From NCBI GenBank assembly GCA_973895155.1, contig OZ316892.1:9652283-9716282 (forward strand): DNA of 64,000 nt. Reading direction: 5' to 3'. The DNA is from Marsupella aquatica. Taxonomy: Eukaryota > Plantae > Marchantiophyta. Below the pieces are notes generated by a model. That model was not told the origin of the DNA and ran no database searches. It worked only from the letters and a program-made list of their open reading frames with translations. The translations under genes were made by a program, and so were the position numbers. Position 1 is the first letter of the stretch. Every line of letters starts with the position of its first letter. Shown here piece after piece: positions 23,401 through 41,003 of this stretch.

Positions 23401-25561
23401 CGACGATTTTAGGTCTCGGACCCCCTAAAATGTAAGAAAAAATATTATTTTTCAACCCCTATAAAGTTAGAATATTCTTAGAATATTCCAAAAAATTTGG
23501 TTAGAAAGACCCTAATATTCTTATAAGTCTCAAAATTGGATTTTAAAGACCCTATTGTTCTCCTAAGAAAATTCTTAAGTCTTCCCTTCAAACCAATAAA
23601 ACTACCCTATCCTTCGTCGCACATGATGTGTCATTTTTGTGGAAGTGAAACCCCCAAGCCCAGCCCGCCTTTGTGTAGGTTTTCTCCCCTCACCCACAAG
23701 GTATTTCTCTCAGTCACCCCACTGTGCGCCTGCAAGTGCTGGCATGCTTGTGTCAATAATTTTGCCCTTGCCCTTGGAATGCCCGTAATCTAGGGGGATT
23801 CACTTATTGTAGATCTGGGATACAGACAATAGGCTTTAAACAGTTTTGTCAAAACAACAAGAAAGTAGTATTTAGGATCACTCAATCATGGTTCTTACAA
23901 TTCTAAGTAGTTGACCCCTTGGCCTCAGATCTATTATCACATGTCCCCCTCTTGATTTTCACTTCCACAAAAAGGGTACATCATGTGCAACAAAGTAGAA
24001 GATCATTAAATTAAGATTTAATGAGAACTTCTTGGAAGGTTTCTGTACAGGGTTCAAAAAGGAAAATGCCACATGTCATTACATGATTGGCTTAGAGAAT
24101 CTAGGAACAACATATCAGTAAAGTGAAGAGTCGGATGATATACATTTATATATTGAGCCAGACCCTCAAACTCTCCCTGGCCTCAAATGCTATGGCTGCC
24201 AAAGAATACCACATAAATAGGGTAGCCACAAATCAATCCCACTTTTTGACAATGTATGCCCAGCTTTGGGCAGGATCACTTATTATACATGTAAGGTGTG
24301 CCGTTCCCTTTATGGAGTATATGGCAACCTTGCATCTACTCGCTGTGCATAAAGGTATATATGGAATACCTCACATGTACTTTTGGGGCAAAGTGTTTCA
24401 TCACAAGCCATGTGTCAAAGTTTGTAGAAAGATTTGATCAACTATGCTGTGAAAGAGAACTTCTGTCATGACAAATTAATACATGGCCAATAAAGGAGCA
24501 GATGGGAGCTATTTTCCTGAAAAGGTTTAAAGTTTATTACAAAGATTGAGAACCCATGAACTATTTATTAGAGATAACTATGGCAAAGACTAGCAGGGCA
24601 CAAAGCAAAACAAACCCAAAAGGGCCACAACAGAGACACACCAACTGACGCTGCAACACAACAAGCCACCCAATGACAATAAGGTCACCCCCTAAAAGAC
24701 GACTGCCAAGAAGGAACAAAATCTGCCATTGAAAACAGGCGTGACATGAGTCCAGTGGGGGATCTACAAACAAAATTAAACAAAGAACAAAGAACAAGAA
24801 CTACAGTAACTAAGCTGGAAGTTTTGAAAGGGACGACTCTCAGGGCATTAACCAAAGAGGGCCAGACCAAGTCTGTAAATGACAACCTAGGCTTTGCCCT
24901 TGAAGTATATGATTAAGTGTATCTGGTCGCCTCTGTCAATAGGGGCTACCATATGTGAACCCGCATGTAGGACACATTTTAAGGGACACAAGTCTCTCCC
25001 TCGTAGGTTCCTATTCATATAAAGAGACTGTGTTTGTGATACTTTTCAACAATCCCTTTTTCAATACTCCAGAATTTGAGGTCCCAACACTCTACTTTGC
25101 TTTTTTTCAGTAGGAACTCTTTAAATCCAAACAACCCAAAAAGAAGAATGGAAAGGTAACGCAAAAGCTACCCATTCACTTCGTATGGTCATAATAAATA
25201 GATATCACAATCCCAAATTTAGATTGAGCTACTGTCAGCACGGCAACGTGCTGTCTTATGTACATATCGCACACCTGGCAGCCAACACCTACGTCTACGT
25301 ACAACATGACAGAAAGGCGATTTATTTAGTTATCCTCCAAAAAAAGCATTTTGGAGTCCCTTAATTTCCGAAGCACTCTCTTTTTTGTGTCCCGTTTCAC
25401 TGTGCAATACGTATTATATGAACCAAAAAGACCTTTTCATGCATCCGTTCAGGTTGCAAAACTATATCCTAGCATTTTGGAAACCCTTTGTGGACAAATG
25501 TCTTTGAAAAAATGGGAATTGGGTTTAGACTGAAGGTTTTGAAAATGGAGTAACACACGCT

Positions 25562-25740
25562 GGAGAGATATGCTTAGCAGACCCCATTCTGGAAAAAGTT
25601 TGCTTAATCAACCCTCTCCATACTTTTCCTCAATCTGAACCTTTGATGGACTTTTAAATCTCAAATCTGGACCGTTGATAGACCTCAAGGGGTTATCAAG
25701 TAACAAGTTTCATTTTGGGGATAAATCAAGCAAATACCTC
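25562..25740 (+). repeat. Interspersed ~175-bp repeat, copy 1
   Basis: Colinear with 36074-36247 (tgcttag.agacccc.ttctggaaaaagtttgcttaatcaaccc...aacaagtttcattttggggat). Confidence 0.8.
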
Positions 25741-26334
25741 CACAGGCTGTGTGTGTTGCATTCCTCTCTTCCACAAGCAAGCTTCGTTCTCTTGCGCTCC
25801 TTCTCCACATTCAAGGGTGCTCCTCTCCTAATCTCCTATAGCTCACGGTTAGAGACAAACCTCAAAATCGAGACTAATTTATGAGATTAGCATTAATTAG
25901 CCCATACCTGGGTGCCAGCCGCCGAGTATTCCGGACACTAGTATACTCATAAGGTTAAACTCTCCCATAGCTTACCTCTATTCGACTATTCACGTTCACA
26001 GAACAGTTAGTGGGGCTAGTTATTATTTGATGAAGGAACTTTAGCAGTAGTGATATAGTTAAAAGCTGTTTCACTGAAATTGTAAAAGATCCGGAAAAAG
26101 AGCAACTTCGTGTTGAGGTTCGTGTCGACTCCCTTCCGTTCCCATCTCTTGTCTCTCGCTTCGCTCAGTCACTCACACACTCTCTCGCTCTCTCGCTCCA
26201 TCTCTCTCTCGATCAGGCGGCATCTCACAGCATTTCGCTCAGTGTGGCGTCGAGCTCCTCGCAGTGAAAGAACGTCGAGCTTTTCGCAGTGGGAGCCATC
26301 TCCGTCGGTTTCTGTAGCGTTTCTACTCGACATC

Positions 26335-30696
<4,362 letters not shown>

Positions 30697-31433
30697 AAGA
30701 AAGTATGGGTACTGCTAATATTGCAGCCCCAAGATTGGGTTGGTGGTTCATTTCCCTGAATCTTAGTACTCTGTACATGGAGATTGTTAGGTGAGCACTT
30801 CAATATGTACATTTAATACTTAAATCTGTCCACTCTATCGGGAGATTCTTATCATTTCATTGGTTATATCACGATGTAGAGAGTTTTATCTGACAGCTCG
30901 TAGGTCTTGAAGTTATAAGAATGCAAAGCACTATGTATTCCAATGTCCTGGCATTATTATTATCCAAGGGATGTGTTGAGGTAGGTCATCTAGAGTCTTA
31001 TGTGGATTTCTAAATGAAAACTTTGATGACCTCTAACATTGAAAGGTATCTCACTCAACTAACGTTGACTTAGATACTCGTTAGCACCCACGGTGTAGAC
31101 TCACGGAAACATAAAGTATCATCTTTGTTGACGTAGCACAATAAAGGTTCTGTTGTACAAGACGCCTTGGTCTGTGGAGGAGATAGTAGATATATCTTAA
31201 TTGGTTTAGTCGACGAGTTTACCACCAATGGTGTGCTACACTCGCACCCTTCTCCATTCAATCTGTTGAAAGCTACCCCGCGAAGATTACTTGCTAGCAC
31301 GAAAGAAAGAAAAAAATCCTAAATGGGAGACAGGATCCCAAGGCCAGAGACCCTATGGAAGGAGCAGACCAAAGAGCCAAAGGCCTGAGAGTCGCGATTC
31401 ACAGATAATCCCACGATAATAGAAGGTCGACTG

Positions 31434-31575
31434 CCACAATAGAAGAGTTCTGTTTTCAATAACAGTGATGGAAATCAGGCTTCCACCATAGAAGAGTTCT
31501 GTTTTCAATAACAGTGATGGAAATCAGACTTCCACGATAGAATAGTTCTGTTTTCAATAACAGTGATGGAAATCA
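31434..31575. repeat. Tandem repeat, about 49-bp unit x3
   Basis: ccac.atagaagagttctgttttcaataacagtgatggaaatca repeated three times. Confidence 0.9.
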
Positions 31576-33203
31576 CATTGGTAGGAAGCCAAAAGGCCTG
31601 AGAGTCCCGACTAACTAAAGCCTTACTAAGCAAGAAAAGTCTCATAGAGCTTGGAGTAAACTGAAGAGGAAGGGCCAAAGATAATAAAGCGGAAAAATTC
31701 TAAGAGAGCCAAAACTCCCTAGAGTCCCTAAAACCACAAAAGTCTTACTCGGGCCCTTACTAAGCAACAAACTAAAAAAGCCTGGTAGAGCCAGGAGTAA
31801 ACCACATACAAAGGTCCCCAATAGTAATTTGGCTATAAGACCTGAAATTGGTCCCCAAGAGTAACTTGCCTAAACGACTGCAATCGGCCGACAGCCTCGG
31901 CCTACAACTCGAAGCTAGGACTCACTGTGTCGATTACAAGTCCTTCAGTAGTCAGAAACGGTGGATCGCTTGTGTGGGTGGGGCAGTCGAAGAGTTTCAC
32001 AACCCCTTCAATGGACTGGCACGTACTCGCATGCAAAGGATTAATTTATGGAAGGGACCAGGTAAGTAACGCTAGTGGGACCAAGGAGAACGCCGGTCGA
32101 CTTAGGTGAAGTTCACCTGTTCAGGAGACAGTTTGTTCACAGTTGTCTGCTACTGCTCGGCAGCCTTTACTACTGACCGTCACCATTATTTATTGCCACG
32201 TTGAACTCTCAACGTGACCCCGATCTCTTGCGTGCAGAAAATAGTTGGTTGTCGAGAGTCCAGACAGCAGACCGTATACTACGGGACTAGACTCTAAAAT
32301 GCAGCTACTGAGGAAGTCTACAAGATATCAGGCACCAAAAGAAAACATGATCCTGACGTGTGTTCTCGTGGCTTTCATGACTGTTGTTCCCTCAATCATC
32401 GGAGTGGAAAGTTCCAGTTTCAACAGTATACAGGGTGGTCGACGCCAAACTTGTTCGTATCCTTGGTATGCAGTTATTTGAGGAGAAATTATTTTAGGAA
32501 TTAAACTACTGTAGTGATCACAGTAGCCATCAAGATTAAAAGTAAGTGATTATAAGAGAGCTTGCCTGTGTAGTAGGTCATATGATCTGGCTGTCCAGCA
32601 TGTCACCGTGGTAGACTGAGTGATAGTTAGCATCAGTAGGCCTGCTTCAAGTGCGCGAGCTTCCTATCATTAATTTTCTCACACTATGATTCGTTCAAGG
32701 GTTCTGGATGTCCAGAGTTTCTCAAATCTATGCATGAACCTTGGAGGCTTTCGAACCCAGCTCATGATGATGCAATCTTGTTTGGACGAGTCCTCGAGGT
32801 ATGTACGAAATCTGTTCAGTTCTGTTTGCATTTCTGAGTTGTCATTTCCGTGAGCTGTCTCTGTGCAGAAATGCAAACTAGAACTGTGTTCCCAATCTGT
32901 CAGGATGCTAAGTGGCTCTCTCACTCTCTATTGAATGACTATCTATCTGACTCGTCTCTTTATTCCCGGATGGACCAGTACAACTTACGTCCATACTCTT
33001 CCAAAGACAAGAAAAAGTGCAGACAAGTTCGAAACCAGAGCCAAATGATAGAGTATATCTGGTGGGGTACTCTAACGGTAGCAACTACCTTCAATAGATA
33101 CCAAGCACAAATCTGCTTATGTCTAACTAGTTCAATACTCGTGCAACTACCTTCAATAGATACCAAGCACAAATCTGCTTATGTTTAACTTGCTTATGTC
33201 TAA

Positions 33204-34924
33204 CTAGTTCAATACTCGTGCGTTGCACAAAATATGTCATGACGGCCAAGATGTCCTTGAGAAAAAAAATGTCGTGTCGGCCAAGATATCATTCAGAAAA
33301 AAGGATCTCGTGTTGGCCAAGATATCATTGCGAAAAAAATGTAGTGTCGGCCAAGAAGTCATTGCGACAAAAGATGTCGTGTCTGCCAACAAGTCATTAA
33401 GGAAACAGATGTTGTGTCGGCCAAGACATTGTTGAGAAAAAAGATATCGTGTCGTCAAAGATGTCCTGCCGGCCAAGAGGTCATTCAGAAAAAGATGTGT
33501 TGTCCAAGATGTCGTGTCGACCAACAGGTCGTTGAGAAAAAGATGTTGTGTTGTCCAAGATGTCGTGTCTACCAAGAGGTCGTTGAGAAAAAAAGATGTT
33601 GTGTCGGCCAAGATGTCATTGAAGACCTGCCACCCCCAGACCAACTTTGGTCCCGATATTTTGGCCCCAAACCCGTGCGCCTTTGAGTGGTAAACCTAGT
33701 GGCAAGAAGTAATAGCAAGGCCTAGGGCTGGGCCGATACTTGGAACTATACAAATGAGCTTACTTATGGCCAGGGGTGGCATAGTTTTATAAGGCCTGTT
33801 GGACAAAATCCAGGTGCCTGGACCTGAAACCCGTGTTTAGGATGCCTGGATCTGATCCAAACCCCTGGATAGTCACTTCCATCACCGTTTAATGTTCAGG
33901 CAACAGGAGGCCGCGGATTGGAGTTCAAACGCAGAGTCCGGGCGATTGAGGGAAACTTTGAATTTTTTGTCGGGGCGTGGAGGGAGTTGTCGCCCCTGTT
34001 TTTGGGGCCAGTTGGGTCGCGGAGATGGTCAGCTGTTTGGGGTGACGTCGGACAACCTTGGTCGTGGGGAGGTCAGCAGTGGCTGTCTACCAACGGCCAG
34101 CTGTTGGCTCAGGCTCATTGCGGGGCAAGGTGGGGAGGTCGGCACTGGGGCGGTCTGGCGGGGGGAGGTCTGGCCGCAGTGCACTAAGGCTCGTCGTGAG
34201 GGTGAGTTGAGGGCTTTTAGCACAGTGACAGGAAGTCAGTGTGTGGCAAGATACGGGATCACAGCAGTGAAAGTGGAAGGTCATGTTTTTTTCCCTTTAT
34301 GTATAGCTTTCACTTTTTACCATTCCTATTTTTTTCTCCCGCTATATTTGAATGACGACCACTGTTTTTTTTTGGCACAACCTTGTATTATAGGATTTAA
34401 TATTTTATTTAAACTCAAGTTTTTTTTAACTATAAAGCTAATATCCAATTCTTTAAATCTCAATTTAATAATTAATTTTTAATTAATTTTATCTTGGTCA
34501 GGTTTGGGTAGGTTACAGGTAGTTTGGGCAGAGGTTATTGAGGTAACAGGGGTATAGAAGGATCCAGCGATTCCAGAAAAACAAATTTTTAATGAAGGGC
34601 TGGGATTGGTTACTTCTCTTTTAGGTTGGAAATGGACTATTTCTAGAGTATATGATATTATAGTGACTCTCCCCTCCTTGTAGCAACTAAGATATTTTGC
34701 TTGACTTTTGGTATTAGTACATGCAGCAGGGTTAATTCCATTTTTTGTCTTTTGTCTCCCACATTTGATTCCTTTTTGTGTGCAAAGGTTTATGTACTTT
34801 CGGTCCAAGCTATATTTAATTCACTTCTGGTTTTGTGCCTTATGTTTATTGATTAGGTCTTTTCTGACACTGCAATTTTGAATGACCACCAATTCAAAAA
34901 AGGGCGCAACCATTTATTATAGGA
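33204..34924 (-). mobile_element. Non-autonomous Helitron with internal ~40-bp satellite and two 5'-end signatures
   Basis: On -, the 3' end is gtgcaacgcac hairpin ... CTAG|T at 33204. A 5' end A|TCctataata is at 34395 and a second similar end at ~34924. A ccaagatgtcgttgagaaaaaagatgtcgtgtcgg array spans 33235-33625. Confidence 0.75.
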
Positions 34925-35457
34925 GTTAATTCAACCAATTCGCACTCGACACTAGTACGATGTCATATATGGATACTAAGCACAAATGAAGTGATCAGAT
35001 CTGCATATGCCCACTTCAACGAATGCCCGAGAAAAATGAAGCAGATACGTAGGAGGAGAGTGTGCATTATCTCCCTCATCCCATCTTTTCCAATGCAGCT
35101 CCACTTCTAGTTGCTCCAACTCCTATGATTACTCCTCATTACAAGCATTTACAAAGAAATATGCTATTCTCCAATTGTCACAACTTTTGGCGCCCTTCTT
35201 TACAATTCACACCTTTTATGTGAATATTTTAGGATATTAATTAATATATCAAAAATAAAGAGAGCCGGAAGCAAACAAATAGGCAGAAAAAAATAATGTT
35301 CCCATGAACCATGACACCTTTTATGCCTGCACTTCTTAACGCCCTTCTTGTTAAAAAAAAAAATTCCACCTTCAAAGTTTGACATCCAACCCATGAACCA
35401 TGACACCTTGTACACCTTCACCCATTAACACTCTTGTTTCCAAAAACATTTATATGG

Positions 35458-35672
35458 CAAAATTTGACCTTCAATATCTCCTTGATATCCAGAAGGGAAT
35501 CTACTCTCCTTAGGCTCACTAGAAAATTTGACCTTCAATATCTCCTTGATATACACAAAGGGAATCTATTCTCCTTAGGCTCATTGGAAATGATATCTCC
35601 TTGATATCCACAAGGGATTCTACCTCTAATATCTCTCACAAAGGGAATCTACCTCCTTAGGCTCATTAGAAA
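35458..35672. repeat. Degenerate tandem repeat (~65-bp unit)
   Basis: atatctccttgatat...agggaatctactctccttaggctca repeated 3-4 times. Confidence 0.75.
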
Positions 35673-36073
35673 CGACTGGAAAAATCTTTCTAACCAGTCT
35701 AATATCTCTCACTGAATGAATTTCTAATATCACTCATCATTCACTGTCCACACTCTGGGCATCATAAAGTATTTCACATTATCTCAAATGGAATCTCGAA
35801 TTTTCTTTGACATTAAATATTTCACTCTATCTCCAATAAAATCTCATTTTCTTGTGTTCATTGAAAGAGGCTTGGAGAACTCTTTCCAAGGAACCTGAGC
35901 CTAGTATGGTCTAATTTCATTGAGAGTTGAGAGAGTTACAAATTCCCAAGGCTGATTTATCTTCTTGCCACATTTCGCTTATCTCGTGGGTCTGCCAGGG
36001 AACCCACCCGACTTAGTATGTCCGAAGGACTCTCCCGGCCATTTGATACACCTTGACCTTCTCCTGGTTTTGA

Positions 36074-36247
36074 GGAGAGATGCTTAGTAGACCCCCTTCT
36101 GGAAAAAGTTTGCTTAATCAACCCCCTTGATACTTTTCCCCAATCTGGACCATTGATGGACCTTTCAATCTCAGATCTGGGCCATTGATAGACCTCAGGG
36201 GGTCGATCAACTAACAAGTTTCATTTTGGGGATCAAACAAATACCTC
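36074..36247 (+). repeat. Interspersed ~175-bp repeat, copy 2
   Basis: Colinear with 25562-25740. Confidence 0.8.
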
Positions 36248-37287
36248 GGTTTTGAGCCTTGCCCTGTGGTTGCCATGCTCTAATACAAATCTCTAGTGTT
36301 AAGTGATCGCTGAATATATTTTTCTTCAGTCCACGGTGGTCTCAAACACCACGAAGAACGCACGCGAACCGCAAAGCAGTGTAAGCTTCTTGTACAAAAG
36401 CCTACAGAATGAATCATTTTGCTTCAGAGACAAGGAGAGAGTACATTGTTTAGAGACTTCAAACATATTCTGGGCCAAATCTGGGGTTGGATGATGCCCA
36501 GGCTGCGGTGCTGTGGAAGAATCGTGAACTCCTGCTGCTGCTTGTCTTCAAATCCTCGCGCTTCCTTGTAAATATCTTGCGTGCTCCTATTTAGAATGGA
36601 AGTGCCCGCGTCTTAATGTTTAATCAATTGTCTACTATCAACAAGGATTTAACCACATTAATTTAGATAGTCCCTCGACTCCCAAACAAACTAACCAGCT
36701 AAATCATTGGGCTCGTAATGAGAAGGCTCTTTACACCAACTAAGGGAGTGCCCAAATAAGTCGTAGAACAATTTTCTTTGTGCGTCAAGCACCTCAATAG
36801 AAAATGAATACTATTTAAAATTCCGTCTGGTTCTAGCTTAGTAACCGACAAGCCGATGCCTAACTAAAATTAGGATATAACAATGTTACTTTTGCTTTAA
36901 AACAAAACTACAAATTTGCATGTTATCACTGAGCGCTCTCGTTCACACACACTGTCTTTGTCTACTGCCAGACCCCTTTCAAAGGTTTAAGAAAACCAAC
37001 TGCAGTACAGATGGAAGGATGATGTCTGATCTGAAGAGGAATTCCTTCTTTTCCCACAGCATATTTTCTCTCAGTCCTCCGAACCCGTTGCCTGTAAAGC
37101 AACTATTGCTTGTAGCTTCTTCTTCGACCCCGTCTCCCAACTCGGTATTTTTACCGATCATTGGCCACAGCTAAATTCAGAGGAAATTAGAATGAGAACC
37201 GATGTTCCACCTAAAAACCTCACTTTCCCATGACCCCCACCCAACAAATCCAATAGTACGCACTTCCCGTAACTAGTGTCGAAGTGA

Positions 37288-39917
37288 TCACAGAGCTGCT
37301 GTTGATACACGTGCTTCTGTCAGATCCCGCCTTTTGTATCGGACTCTTATCGCTCCTTTAGGCCCCACCACCATGGCATCCCACTGTACTTCGGGAAATT
37401 CGCCCAACAATTGCAAATCATATTTGCGCATGAGCACACTCCAGATGGTCCTAATCTGCATGTAGGCAAAAGTCTCTCCCAAGCAACCGTGCCTGCCGCC
37501 TCCGAAAGGAATATAGGAAAATCCACCTCCTTTCTTATCCTCCTCCCGATCGACATTATATCTGTCAGGGTCAAACTTGTCAGGGTTTGGATACACATAC
37601 TCCAGCCGGCCTGCAATAGTTGGTGAAACAGCAGTGATATGCCCCTTCGGAACGGTGTAAGTTTTACCCCTGCTTTGAACGGTGAAGTCTTTATGAGAGT
37701 ACCGAAGAAGCATCACAAGTGGAGGATGCATCCGGAGCACCTCTTTCATGACCTTCGCCAGGTAACCCATATCGCAAACAACATCATGGTTCAACACATT
37801 GCCATGCTTCTTGATCAGATCCAATTGCTCCTGTTGTGCTCGAGCAAGCACCTTCTCGTCACTGTTTCAATCCCACGAAACAAAATCAACAAAATGTGAA
37901 ACATGGGCACATTCATCTCTTGTTTGCGGTGTAACTACGTGAAAACAGCGCGAAGTGTGCACCGAGAATACTGTTCACACTGACCCAACCTTTCAGAGTA
38001 TTTCCTTCAGCGAAAAGTATGAGCCTTGTACGGAAGGGAACAGTCAGGAGGAACACAAGACGTGTCAATCCAAAATTGAAATATAAGCGCTACTTGCTTA
38101 ACCCACATGACAAGCACTTCCGTCCTATCAAAGCACGGGCCTCACCCGTATGTTCACAAGAACCCCGACGACATTCAGGACCCTTGTCACGCGTCTCAGG
38201 GGTGATTCACACAAATAGTGGTTCCAAGATAACCAGACACAGCTCAATTGCAATTGCCAACCTAGCTATGTTCCGTGGACAACACTAGTTTGAACGCTGA
38301 CGCTAGGACTTGCTTTGTACGGAAGGGAACAGTAAGGAGGACTAGTGTTCAAAGGAGGACTTGCAAGGTGTTCAAACTATCGGACCACAATAATCTTTGT
38401 CACACCGTACAGACTGTATCATGAGAACCCAACTGACCTTAAAAGATAGGCCCCTGTCCAAGCGGAGGTGATGGAGCTTGTATGCTGTCCACCAAAGAGA
38501 GCAGCAATCAACAATCCCGTAACTTCACTGTGTGTTGTGCCGCGCCCGTTCTTGTACTTCGAATCCATGAATGACTGGAGCATATCATTCTCGACTTTTC
38601 CCGAATCCCTTCTCTTTCGTATGACATTCGAGAAGATTTCCTCCAAACGTTCGCGTGCTTTATCCCTTTTCCGGTGAGCTGCAATGGGGATGTAAGGAAA
38701 CAGGAGACTTATAGGCACCATCCCTTGATCCAAATCGTAGATATGCTGACTAACCTCCTCAAATAAGTGCTGCCTAATTTCTGCACCCAATAGACAGCGA
38801 CTTGCTGTGAGGATGATCAGGTTTTCCAAGTCAGCCTTTAGATCAGTTTCGCCCTCGTCGCCCCATTTGCCAAAAAACTCCTGTCCAAGCGATAAGTCGT
38901 AATGTAAATTTTGCGTCAGTAGTTCAAACACGTACGGCAGTAGAGGTCAGCAAGGAATGAAACTCCGGATCGTTATGTTGGTTTTGCGGGAAGTGTTCCA
39001 GATTCCACTCGAAGACGAAGGATCACTAACTAAAACGCCAAAAACGAGTCCCAAAATCCCTCTTGTAAAGGCTTGCTACAATATCAGAAATGGTAACCGA
39101 ATAACCTGAAGGTTCCAAGGTAGAAGCTGGGACTTTGTTCCCGCATACTTCTCAAGTTACGGAATGCAGATGGGAAATTGAGTCATGACTTCGACGATCT
39201 TTGAAGATATGAAAGGCAACAGAGCACCTGCCCAAGCGAACTCGTCCGGGCATACACAGCTCAAAAGGGACGAAGGACTCTCAAAACAGAGAAACATAGA
39301 GAGCACATACGCTGGCTCTCGATAGTGGACAATGCAAGATTTCTAGATCCAACATGCCCCTACTCATTTGCTTACAGAATGCCTGATAGATTGAAAAGAA
39401 ATTTAACCCAAAAAAAAAAGAGTGAGGGAATGTGGCAACGCACTTCGGCCTCTTCAACCATGGCAGCAACATAGCTCTTGAGTTTGCTAACTTTGAGAGC
39501 CTCCATGAAGAAACGGTACTGCTCGGCGCGAACGGGATAGTCGACAGCGAAGACAACGTCTGGACCAAAAGTAGGTACATTGAATTCGTACACCTCTTTC
39601 TGGCTCAGTTCCGATTCCGGCGCCTTGAAAAAATGATCACAGACCTCGGGGCCGATCAGAAACGTTATATTCTTGGTGAGCACCTTGCAAGTGAAAACAG
39701 GGCCCAATTTCTTGTACTCTTCCTGCGCCAGAAGCACGGGGCCCTTTAAGAACTTCAGAATGCCACCAACGATAGGAAAGGTCGGCACTACTGGAGGCAG
39801 CAACTTCGATGGAGATCTCAGCCTCAGAGCAATGAGAATCACAGCACCCACGACGAGAGTGCCCAGCAACGTCAACTGCCCCGATGTAAACATATCCAAC
39901 ATCTCCGCGAATGCCAT
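37288..39917 (-). CDS. CYP51G1: Sterol (obtusifoliol) 14-alpha-demethylase, 3 coding exons
   Basis: Exons 39917-39444, 38880-38438, 37861-37288. N-terminal TM helix; LSQKEVYEFNVPTFGPDVVF; I-helix LIAALFGGQHTSSIT; KEVLRMHPPL; heme motif FGGGRHGCLGE. Confidence 0.97.
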
Positions 39918-40421
39918 ATCTAACAAGAACACGTTTCTCTCAAACCTTTCAGAGCGCGCAGAACACCGTTTCTGTTACCGATGAGAGCATGTCAATCCCT
40001 GCAAACCACCTTCAATCTGAAAACGCACCGCTTCTTCTGGAGCCTACACTGTTGTCATCGCCCCTCTACAATCTTCTGCCGCCGTCGACCATCAATTCCT
40101 ATCTCGTCTCTTCTGATCAAATGGTCCTCCTCCACCACATTCGCAGGCTGCATTGGGCACACATGGGCTGGCCGCATTTGGTCATGGAGGCAAGATCGCA
40201 AGCAGGCGGAGGATGCGCGGAGACAGAAACAGAGTACAAAACAGACAGAGGTGACGCTGATGGAAATATTCCCTCCGCCAGCAAAACCGAACCACTCTAC
40301 AGCAGTGCATAATAGAAAACGCCTGAACGCCATGTACTGTACTCGTGACTCCAACTGACAATACCGTCTAGGAAGTAGGAACGGTACTGGAATGAGAATG
40401 GGCCAATTGAGGAGTGTTCCT

Positions 40422-41003
40422 TGATTGACCCCATGAGGTCTCATGAGCTTTTGGGGACATTGATTTAGGATCTATCAACGGCCTGGATCACTCATGGGTC
40501 TCTGAAATAACACTTTTCACTTTGGGTCCATCATACCCTGATTGACCCCATGAGGTCTCATGAGATTTTGGGGACATTGATGTATATCTATCAAGGGTCT
40601 AAATCACTCATGGGTCTATGGAATAATACTTTTCATTTTGGGTCAGTCAAACCTGGATTGACCCCATGAGGTATGATGAGATTTTGGGGACATTGATTTA
40701 AGATTTGTCAAGGGTCTAGATCCCTCATGGGTCTATATAGAATAACACTTTTCATTCTGGGTCAGTCAAACCCCAGGAGGTTTTGGGTACCTTGATTCAA
40801 GATCTATTGATGTTGTGAATCATTCATAAGTCTGTCAAATAACACTTTTCAATGTGAGAAATCAATGGTCTGGATCATTCATGTCAAATAATACTTTCAA
40901 TGTAGGAAATCAATGGTCTGGATCATACATGTCAAATAATACTTTCAATGTGGGAAATCAATGGTCTGGATCATTCATGTCAAATAATACTTTTCAGTGT
41001 GGG
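40422..41003. repeat. Compound tandem array: ~118-bp unit x3.5, then ~48-bp unit x3, upstream of CYP51
   Basis: gattgaccccatgaggt...ttttggggacattgat...aacacttttca units, then gaaatcaatggtctggatcattcatgtcaaataatactttcaatgt units. Confidence 0.9.

Noticed and set aside
22121-23802. Possible solo LTR (tgtaaagccccc ... gggggattcac)
   Set aside because: Ends match only loosely and there is no TSD, PBS or PPT
31040-31947. Possible solo LTR (tgaaagg ... ccttca)
   Set aside because: Flanks do not form a TSD and there is no second copy in the window
33892-34482. 196-aa ORF
   Set aside because: No recognisable motif; runs from a GC-rich insert across a Helitron end into AT-rich DNA
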